The notes under the pieces were generated by a model. It was given only the letters and a program-made list of their open reading frames with translations. It ran no database searches and was not told the origin of the DNA. A stretch of 45,011 bases of DNA, taken from the NCBI RefSeq assembly GCF_001194135.2, contig NC_068992.1, forward strand, positions 34,109,487 to 34,154,497. The letters run 5' to 3'. Below, piece by piece: positions 35,676 to 45,011 of the stretch. The first letter of the stretch is position 1. Each line of letters starts with the position of its first letter. The DNA is from Octopus bimaculoides. Lineage: Eukaryota. The position numbers and the translations under genes were made by a program.

Positions 35676-36390
35676 ATATATACTCTTCAAATAATCATTT
35701 GAAATAAACCAGAATCAGCAATAAAACAAACCTGGAAATTGATTAAATATCCATTTCTTGTCTAAAGCTATCCTTTCAATAGACAGGTCTTTAATCTCTA
35801 ATGCACAGGGCAGTAAAAACATCAGCACTAAAATATGTTGATGATGTGTCTGCTGGCTTAACATGGCTGGAAAGCAAGCAATAAAAAATTTCCTTTTCTC
35901 TACCTTTCTCTCTTTTTACCACTTGCTCCTTTGTTTTGTCTCTCCTTTTGATGCTCCCTTCTCGAAGAGAATGGTAGAATAGGAAGAAATAACATCCCTG
36001 CTCACTGATCTTACTATGACTGAAAGTAAGCAGAAAAAATTTGCTTTTCTCTGCTTTTTTTTCTCTTGACCACTCGTTTGCTTTGTCTCTCTTTCTAGCA
36101 TTCCCTTCTCAAAATGATCAGGAAAACAATAAATTAACTGCTTTTCTTTCTTTTCTTGCTAAGCAAAGGAGATTCTCTACTTACACTTGTTAAATAATAT
36201 CAATTGTTTACAATTTATGTTAAGAAATGAAGGAATGGGAAATACAAACAAGCATCATGAGTACAATGATGATAGTGAAAATTATCAATAATTAATTTTA
36301 TATTACACAAAAAATATTTATTATAAAAAGAGTAAGACATGAAGTGCATGCATTGTATTCACAGACCCTTTGCCCTAGTATGTATATATG

Positions 36391-36393
<3 letters not shown>

Positions 36394-36428
<35 letters not shown>

Positions 36429-36482
36429 ATGTTTGTGCATATGTGTGTGTGTGTGTGTGTGTGTGCGTGTGTGTGCGTGTGT
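36394..36482. repeat. Interrupted (TG)n microsatellite
   Basis: Seen directly. Confidence 0.96.
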
Positions 36483-37891
36483 CAGTGTATAGAGCATCTG
36501 AACAGTGATAAACTGATAGAAACATTTGTCACCACTGATAAAAAGCTATTAGCTATGAAAATGCCTGTAAAAGGTGGTCAGTATTTCTTGTATAGGGAAG
36601 CTGAAACTCTGCTAACAGGATTTATGGTTACTGTTCTGCATAAGAGTATCAAGATTGCAGGTAAAATTGGAACTGATAAATTTATAGCAAGTCTATTAGC
36701 CATCATGGCTATATCTGACATGATAACTGTCAGAAACTCTTTAGTGACAGATTCCTGCATGATACTGAATGGTACACTCTAATGTGGAACTTTATAACTG
36801 GACTATGCTGACTGGGTCCTGCCATTCTTGATTATGTTACATATCTGATGATTCTTACCAAGAATTTTCACTAGGAAGTTCCTCAATGTCAACTAGTTTT
36901 AACAGCGAAGCTCATTATTATGGCATTGATCTGAATAGCCGATGCAATATAAATTATGACATAAGCATGTTCATTGATGAGATAAGTGTACTAGCTTGAT
37001 TAGTCGAAAAGATAAAAATGTAGGTACATCTATTGATATAAGTAAGTCTGAGTGAACGAATAAGATAGTACACTGGTTGATTTGTTTAGAAAACGATGGA
37101 ATAAAGTGTCATCCTCACCAGCTAGTCTGGAGATAGACTCTGTAGATTTCAATTTGTTTCATAAACATGTCATGAACATATTAATAGGAAATAATTGCTA
37201 CAGAGATATAACAAAGGATAAAAATAAATTGAAAGACACTGCTTTAGAGACAACCACATCTGGAAATGTGACAGTAAATGATGACAAGGTGACAATACTG
37301 ATGATGGAGATGACATACTCATGCAAGCACACACATACTTAGATGTTTCCAGTTACATGTGTGAAGTTAAAAATATCCAAATAAATGAATTTAACCCTCT
37401 TAAAGTATAAATTTAATTACAGAAGGAAGTCACTGACCTGTAGTCAAAATTAAACAAATTAAATTTTTAACTTATGACTGATTAATTAAATTGTCTTTGT
37501 GGATATGTTTTTCAAATTGATTGAAAAATATATTCTTCAGAATAAGTGATACAGAAAGATCTCAGGGGATATAGGAATATCCAAAATTTTAATATCCATT
37601 AAACCATTGAAATATCGTCTTGCCTCACATATCAAGAAGAGAAAGCTAATTGACTCCCAATAGAATATTCAATTACTTTTACAATTACATTTTAATTATA
37701 ATGTACCTAATAAGGAAATAAGTCTCTCAGACAGAGTCAGAGTAATAGACAGGAGGAAGAGAGAGAGGGTGGGGAAGGGAAATACACAGTTACTATTAAT
37801 TATACAGACATCAATCCATAGTAGCTGAATAATTATAGTTAGCATAAATATACGTTTATATACATACATAGCTGTCTGTAAAACCATAAGT

Positions 37892-38489
37892 GGATCTTTC
37901 TGATTTGGTGGACACCATTTGTTTTCTAACGAAACACTTTCAAACTTGGGATACTGGTAGAATGTGTCATATAAAACATCTTTTTTCTCTTAGCCTTGTT
38001 AAGAAAAGTTTCTATATTCCAAGTTATTTCATGTTAAAGTTGTCGTATTTTGGTAATTTCAACCAATCACTGACATCTATTCAGCTGAATACAGTTACTG
38101 CTGTCCCTTGTCAACAATAATTTGTGGCGGTTTATATATCGTTAGTTCCTGTTAATTATGACATATTTCATCCGCTTTTTTGGTTTGTTTTCTTTTGAAG
38201 CCGACAAAATTACAGAAAAATGGTAATTCATACGTCTAGCTGCCATCACAATAAATAAGAAAGCTTTATACACGAAATGCATATATTGTTTAGATAATAA
38301 ATTACACTGTGCATATCTATGTTTGTATGTTTGAAGATAATCTTTTTTCAAACCAGTCGGTGAAAATCTGTTCAACAATTTTTCGGTAATTTTCTAAGTA
38401 CTGTGTACTCAGTAGCACATTTTCTAAATGATGGTAGAATTTGATTTGAGGAAAATTTGGCTGCTATTTCTTGGAAAAAACCCTAACTG

Positions 38490-38523
<34 letters not shown>

Positions 38524-38924
38524 AACTAACCCTGACCCTAAAACCCTAGCCCTAATACCCCAGTGAAGATCGTGCGGGTGTTAATCCGAAAAATTACCGA
38601 TTCCCTTATTAGCTATTATCCAGTGCAGGCAATATTCATAAGAGAATTAAAATTATAATTACCAGGGACTAACGATATATGCACCACCACAAATTATTGT
38701 TGTCAAAGAACAACAGTAACTGTATTCAGCTGAATAGACGTCAGTGATTGGTTGAAATTACCAAAATACAACAATTTTTAACATGAAATAACTTTGAATA
38801 TGAAAATTTTTCTCTGTTCTATAAGAACAAAATATACAAGTATACGAAGTTTTAAAGTGTTTCGGTAGAAAACAATAAATAAAAACTAAATTAAAAAATG
38901 GTGTCCGCCAAATCAGAAAGATCC
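37892..38924. mobile_element. MITE/foldback element with ~270-bp TIRs and an apparent 8-bp TSD
   Basis: 37892-~38160 is the reverse complement of ~38655-38924 (ggatctttctgatttgg.ggacaccattt...aatcactgac.tctattcagctgaatacagttactg). ccataagt flanks both ends (37884-37891, 38925-38932). Confidence 0.88.
38478..38555. repeat. Degenerate interstitial telomere-like (CCCTAA)n array inside the MITE
   Basis: ccctaa ctgtaa ccctaa ccctaa ccctaaa ccctaa ccctaaa actaa ccctga ccctaaaa ccctag ccctaa. Confidence 0.92.
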
Positions 38925-39229
38925 CCATAAGTCAAAAATATTAGACACTTCATATTTATCAAGAGAGTGGGTATATTAATCAAAGTATACAGTATTATAC
39001 TGATCTTACCTACCAATTTTGCACTGGATTTTAGATAACAAGGTAGCTGTTTAATACACATGCTCTTCAGGAATGGGAGGTATGGAAAAATATAGTGACT
39101 GCTCTCTGATATTGGAGGTGAGAAAGTGTCATGTCCAGTTTCTACATGTGATGATGGGAGGACTAATGGTTGAGAAGTTAGTGTTTATAATCACAGTTGG
39201 GCTTGTAGATAAGATAACATTTAACCTTT

Positions 39230-39520
39230 TTCATGCAGGTATCACATGTCCCCTTAATAGACACTGCAACACAGAAACAGTTGTATATGAGGAAGGTGTA
39301 GCACCAAAGAATCCCAATGGGCAGTTAAATGTGCAGAAGTATGTGAGCATAACTGAAGGTCCTTTCCAAACCAGATTCAACAACCATATGCCCTCCTTTA
39401 GTATTTAGGAGAGGTGCAATGTCAGCCCTGGTTAGACATCTATGGTTGTTTAAGGAAAACATCAAGGATTACATCATGTGGAAAATCTTGGAGAAATGCA
39501 TGCCTTATTTAATAATAACA
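39230..39520 (+). mobile_element. Penelope-like GIY-YIG endonuclease fragment
   Basis: TCPLNRHCNTETVVYE...KYVSITEGPFQTRFNNHMPSF...RHLW..KENIKDY.MWKILEKCMPY. Confidence 0.82.
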
Positions 39521-39524
39521 AAAA

Positions 39525-39730
39525 GTGCAGGTTATTCATAAATAACTGCCTCTGTGTTGCAGTGTTTGTTAAGAGAACATGTAGTGTTGTTTCTGCATGA
39601 GCACCTAGCTTCTGTCTCAGGTGTGGATCTACCTGCCAATATTTTCTTTACATTAGGTTTACTGCAAAAAGATATTTTGAAGATGTGGCTATTAAAAATT
39701 TTACAAAAATAATTCATACTACACGTAAGT
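39525..39730 (-). mobile_element. Penelope-like linker/Cys-motif fragment, inverted relative to its neighbour
   Basis: KIFNSHIFKISFCSKPNVKKILAG...CSCRNNTTCSLNKHCNTEAVIYE. Confidence 0.82.
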
Positions 39731-40102
39731 GTCTATCGAGTTTTTCAACTAAGCTTAGGACAATTTTGCCCATACAAGTTTTTACACTCAAAGAAGGGGA
39801 TGGGAGAACCAAAAGACTTTCTGTTGGTGCTTTCTCTTGAAGGCTAGCTGCTAGCAATGTTAAAGACAAGATAATTTATATGCCTGGTCCCAAAAGAAAT
39901 GGTACTGGAAAGTCTTGTGGTTCACAACCAACCTTTCTCCCAGAGCCTAAAATGCTATTTGGGCAAAATCTACCTAAAGGGATTAAGGTCTACCAAATCA
40001 TTGTAAGTGAAATTAGTAGAGAGAAATAGAAAAAGGCCTATTGTGTGTGTGGGAGGGATATGTATCTATCTGTGTGTGTGTGTGTAAATATATAATATAT
40101 GA

Positions 40103-40425
40103 AGGTACATGGCTGAGTGGTTAGAGTGTCAGGCTTACAATCGTGAGGTTGTGAGTTCGATTTCTGGACCAGGATGTGTGTGGTGTTCTTGAGTAAAGAC
40201 ACTTTATTTCATGTTGCTCCAGTTCACTCTGCTGTAGAAATGAGTTGCAACGTCACTGGTGCTTTTTCCCTTCCCTTAGATAACATTGGTGGTGTGGAGA
40301 ATGGAGGCTGGTATGCTTGGGTGACTGCTGGTCTCCCATAAACATTTTTTCCTGGACTTGTGCCTTGGGTGGTAACTTTCTAGGTGCAATCCCATGGTTA
40401 TTCATGACTGAAGGGTTTTTTTTAC
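40103..40425 (+). mobile_element. tRNA-derived SINE, family C
   Basis: tggctgagtggttagagtg A box, gtgagttcgatttc B box, a gtgttcttgagtaaagacactttattt body and a short T-rich tail. Confidence 0.8.
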
Positions 40426-40429
40426 TTTA

Positions 40430-41400
40430 CTTTACCTAATGTATCCATAGAGTCTATGGGTTGCTTACAGAGATGACACCATTGATAAGAGCAAGTACAT
40501 AGATGGATGAAGTTTTAAAAAAAAAACAGCATTGAAGACAAACCACATGATGAGAGCTAATCAACTGTGACCATTGACAAGAATCATGAGTGAAAGGATT
40601 GATTTGTGCAGACAGATGAATCATGATCGGTGATTTTGTTGAACAAATGAACTTTGGTCATAATGCATATTTTGAAAGACCTTGAGTATCTGAACATGTG
40701 TACTTCAGGAGTTGACATCCAATGTAAGGAAGAGAAGCGTGGAAGTTTGGTTTGATCTGCTGGAAGTATTTGAAGCCAATGAAGCCATGTTCATTTGCAA
40801 TCTGGTGAATGGAGTTGAACAGTGACCATGTCTTTATGATTGGGCATTGAATGATCAGGTCATGGAATGGTGTCACATCTCTTTTTCTTTTGAACTTCTT
40901 ACATAGAAGTTCAAAAGCCAGCAATCAGCACAGAAAATCATGATGAGTGTATCTGTGATCCACTAGGGTATTATTTTCCTTTATTTTCTGGAGTGTGACT
41001 GTACAGTGAACAGCACATCAAGACACTCAAAAAGTTTAGTAAGACCATTAGAAGAGACCAAACAAGAGTCTGAAAACAAGCTACATTCACCATGAAAATA
41101 TGAACAACACACTTCTTAATAAAAAATTAGGCAATCAACAAATGACACTGGTCAGTGATTCTCCCATTCACTATATTGTCTGGATCTGGTGCTCTCTAAC
41201 TTCCACCTGTTTAGTCCAGTGAAAGACTCACTTTGAGGACAATAATTTAATGACACAGATGCAGTGAAATTGGCTGTGAGGAAGTATGTGCAACAAGGGA
41301 GCCTGAAGGTTTCAAAAAGTATTTAAGAGATTAGTTAAATGCTAGTGCAAACACATCACCTGTGGTGGAGACTGTTGTATAATGCCTTTGTATTGGCTAT
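40430..41400 (+). mobile_element. Ancient mariner transposase relic (same family as 31085-32040)
   Basis: Shares gatgaagtt..aaa...agcattgaaga.aaa, ctg.tggaagtatttgaagccaatgaag and ctacattcaccatgaaaatatg. SGSGAL.NFHLFSPVK is a decayed SPDLAPSDFHLF. Confidence 0.72.
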
Positions 41401-42304
41401 TTGAAGAATTAAATCAGTTAATAAAAGAGTTATGCTCATTTTTGCATTACCACAGAAGTAGCCATTAAAATTTATCTAAGTAATAAGAAAAATAATGGGA
41501 AATTAAATCCTGTTAGCTGAATAAAGAAAGAAATAGCCAAAGGTGACGGTTTAATTATGTGAGTAATATTGAGATAAAAGATAGCTTAGAAGTGTAAATG
41601 AAAGAAAAAAAAGACATATTAAAAACTGTTTCAAAGTTAAATAAAGTGTAAATGAAATAAAACATAAGAACTAGTATAGATGATGTAGGTAAATATGATG
41701 ACAAGATATGAAGAAATTTACATAAATAACTACACAAATACAAAAAGACACTAAAGAATAATACATACTATTTAAGTGCATTGGTAGATAAAATTCAAAT
41801 GACCCAAGGGAATAATTAAAATCTGTCCAGAAACAAACCTCTTATTATGACTATAAAATAAAAAGATAATTAAATTAAATTTTGCTAGCAATACTAAAGA
41901 TAATGTTTGAAGTGTATTATTTTAAGGCAGAGAAATTTCTTTTTAGTAAAACTAAACATATATTACATTTTAAATAGTTATAAGTTCTAGATTATATCGA
42001 TAAAAGTGGGTGGAAAGATAAATCTTATAAAAATGATCTAAAGGAATTGAATTTATAATGAAATGAAATAAAATATATTGCACTAAAATGAGTGACTAAC
42101 TATTTAGTATGAAATAGATTAGTAAGAAAAGTATGACAAAAATAATACTAATAAAACTAAAGTGAAGATCAAATAAATAGGGCATATGTTTAACTAGCAA
42201 AGAATGACCATTTATAACAATATATGATAATGTAAATTATTAGGAAAAAGATAATACACAGGTAGATGTCCTGAACTTTATAAGGAAGATAAAGGTAAGT
42301 AAGA

Positions 42305-42451
42305 ATCATCATCATCATCATCGTTTAACGTCCACTTTCCATGCTAGCATGGGTTGGACGATTTGACTGAGGACTGGTGAACCAGATGGCTACACCAGGC
42401 TCCAATCTGATTTGGCAGAGTTTCTACAGCTGGATGCCCTTCCTAACGCCA
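42305..42451 (-). mobile_element. Young RTE 3' tip (5'-truncated) with (GAT)n tail
   Basis: Reverse complement nearly matches 7144-7293. Confidence 0.92.
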
Positions 42452-44449
42452 TGAGTGATAGAATTTTCCAATCAAAATATGTACTTCATAATGCTCTAAA
42501 CTAAGGTGTAGGAGTAAATGTAATGATTATGTTACACTTTAATGTACAGTAGAATAGTTAATAAAACTTAAAATATATATAAAACTGAACTTGATACCAA
42601 CCAGGTCTGGAAATGCAGAACGAGATGAGATGGGATCACATTAAAAATAATAAATTCAAATAGTGAGGCAAAGTTTATTTCATTGAAAAATGTTAAGTTT
42701 TAAAAGTGTTGTAATTATAGATCTTTGACTTAAAAACAGTTTCAGTAATTAACTGAATATCTTACAAACATTTATTTTGATATCAGTGCCTATGTGTTAT
42801 GTTATTTTCAGTATAATATGTGGTTCAAAACAATTTCATTTATTGGGTTTATTGTTGTTTCAATCTGAAACTAATGCTTATAAATGTATATTTGATAACA
42901 TATGCATTAAAACTCTAAGTGTTTTATCTATATTTTGTTATATATGATACATCACAAATAAATAAATGAATAAATAAATAAAGGCCAGAGTTATTAAGAT
43001 GAAATGTTTGATGCTTCTTTATAAATAACACATCTATAAAATATTAGCTTGATCTCCATACAATCATTGTATAGTTGTACTGGCATATACCAAACCAGCT
43101 CTTGAAAAAAGTTTTTATATGGTTTTCTGCCTGCATGAAATAGCAGCCAACTTTTTTCCAAATTCCACCTTAGCATCTTAAAAAAAAGTCCTAGGTTGGT
43201 AATGATTGCAACCATATTGATCACAGATAGATTCAGAGAGGTACTTGTCATACAATATTACTACTATTTTTAAAATTCCATTTCGTTTTTCAAAAGCTTT
43301 ATCTTTTATAGTGCTTATATTGTGAGTTCTTTCCAATTCTTTTTTCAAATACTAATCATTGCAAGTTGCAGACAGGATTTGAAGCTCAGTTATTTACTAC
43401 ATTTTGTCTTGGTTTTTCCTTGTCAGACAAATCAAGTCACCAAATTTACATGCGCTATGAAGTATATTGGTCTTCATCAACATGGTTTAAGATTTTGATA
43501 ACCAGTAATCTTATATAATGTAGTAGACAAGTATTTTCCTCTAACTTTCAAAACAGTGACCAACAGCAACAGCATGTGACCAGGCAAAAATTGTTTCAAA
43601 AATGCATTTAAAAACAACAACATATGTATTCTACACTCTGGTTTAATAAAGCAAAAGAATATTATAAACAACAAATTATTTTTGATATTTTCACAACGAA
43701 AACAGTTAAATTGTAGTTTATTGCCATTTCCACACAATCCAAAAAGAATAAATTACCTCAAATAATATTTTGTTCACATAAAATCAGAAATTAATCATTC
43801 TTTTAAAGTAAAGGCAAAAAAATATAACATTTTGTGCATTAGAAAAACAATTAGATATTTTTTTGAATAAACAGTGAAGATGAAAGAAATAATTAATTAC
43901 TCAATTATGATAATGATGACTATCCTACATGGCCAAAGAAGATGACCACTGGCTTGCAGGATTACCATAGTCAGATACAATGCTCAACAGTATTCATATG
44001 TTGACTGTAATTACAACCAGTCTATATCTAATGGCAAAGCAACCTAAAATAATTGGCAATCTTTTGTCTGAACATGAATACTAAAGCTGCTTCTCTAGAC
44101 AAACAGAAGATATTGAACACAGTTTTACTAACTAAAGAAACAATTGTCAGTTTTACCATACTGCAGCTGCTTACAATAGAACAGTTGCTCTTACCCTACA
44201 GTCACTGTTTATAATTTAAAGAATCAGACCAGTATGAGGGTTAAATGTCTTGACCATGGTCTCAAAATGAGGCCAGTAGCAGTTATATAAACCATCAATC
44301 TTTCTGTTGGTATCTATTCAGTATCTCCACTCTTATGGAATGAATCAGTAGATTATAATGTTGATTGACAGAGTTTTACCAAGCCCCATAGAATCTGTAG
44401 CATTTAGTATGTGTCTTGCAAACAACTTGCACATGCAAGTGCTACCAGT

Positions 44450-45011
44450 CAAGAATTCCGCATACTGGAAGCCAGCAAGTGTATGGGGGTCATCAGGAGA
44501 GAATGCGCGCCGTTTCAGGGCCTACCTCTCGGCGGCATCAATGCGCACCGGCCCCGCCTCACTGATATGAGGCCCCGCTTGCTAGATCAACTGATTATTA
44601 AACAAAACTCAATATTTCTCTAGCCATCACTCATCGTCTCTTTTCACCAAATCCAGTGGCTAGCCTTCTCCACTGTAGTTTGGATATCGGTAATGGTGGT
44701 ATTTACCTTCCGATGAGTTAGGCCTAACGATAACAGCAGTCGTTTCACACTGTTTCCTACAAATCCTCTACATCCGACTTCGATTGGAAAATGCTCCGCT
44801 TTCCAGCCTGCGTCTTCACATTTCTCGAGGAGGTTTTCATAACGGTCCATCTTTCGAGCCCGCGCGGCGTCCATATTATCTTCATGAGGAACCGTTAACT
44901 CAACTAAATTTACAACTTTTCTTCTTTCACACCACATTAAAATGTCAGGTTTTTCCATAACTGGGATGGGAAAGAATGCCTGGCACCCAGGCAAATCTGC
45001 AGTCACTTCCC
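44450..45011 (-). mobile_element. HERO-like (R2-superfamily) non-LTR retrotransposon 3' end: RLE domain plus GC-rich 3' UTR; continues beyond the window
   Basis: Open frame VTADLPG...KPDILMWCERRKVVNLVELTVPHEDNMDAARARKMDRYENL...GWKAEHFPIEVGCRGF...VEKASHWIW (PD..E.K-type RLE). A 1-bp frameshift precedes KRDD, and the segment is CpG-rich. Confidence 0.87.

Noticed and set aside
36480-36782. ~100-codon non-repetitive tail of ORF 36339-36782
   Set aside because: No ATG or splice context outside the microsatellite and no recognisable domain. The length is within chance expectation for a 45-kb window.
38478-38555. True telomere or chromosome fusion site
   Set aside because: The array is short, degenerate, in one orientation only, and enclosed by the TIRs of a mobile element.
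40103-40180. tRNA gene
   Set aside because: It has A and B boxes but no complete cloverleaf, and continues into a SINE body.
44503-44548. Hammerhead-like reading of the HERO 3' UTR (tgcgc-attgatgc-...-gaaa-cggc-gcgca)
   Set aside because: The core deviates at several invariant positions and lacks the U of the NUH site.
1-45011. CRISPR array, operon or prokaryotic defence system
   Set aside because: No regularly interspaced repeat-spacer array and no long intact ORFs. The sequence is a eukaryotic repeat-rich region.

Overview
AT-rich animal genomic DNA with no confidently identifiable host protein-coding gene, rRNA, tRNA gene or CRISPR array. The repeat repertoire and microsatellite density resemble a coleoid cephalopod (Octopus-like) short-read assembly; this is an inference from recalled repeat families, not a search. 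The window is a transposon graveyard. It holds Penelope-like (Naiad-type) RT and GIY-YIG fragments, RTE LINEs of several ages (one nested in another), an R4/Dong-like and a HERO-like restriction-endonuclease non-LTR fragment, mariner and maT (DD37D) relics, and hAT, Chapaev3-like and Helitron relics. It also has at least four SINE-like families, a MITE with long TIRs carrying a degenerate (CCCTAA)n array, many microsatellites and three N gaps. The most notable signal is a cluster of hammerhead-ribozyme-like motifs in the first 2.5 kb next to a Penelope RT fragment. One inverted pair has decayed in complementary halves, so its consensus rebuilds a complete type I hammerhead. I found nothing I can defend as a wholly new biological system. 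All family names come from recognising motifs by eye.
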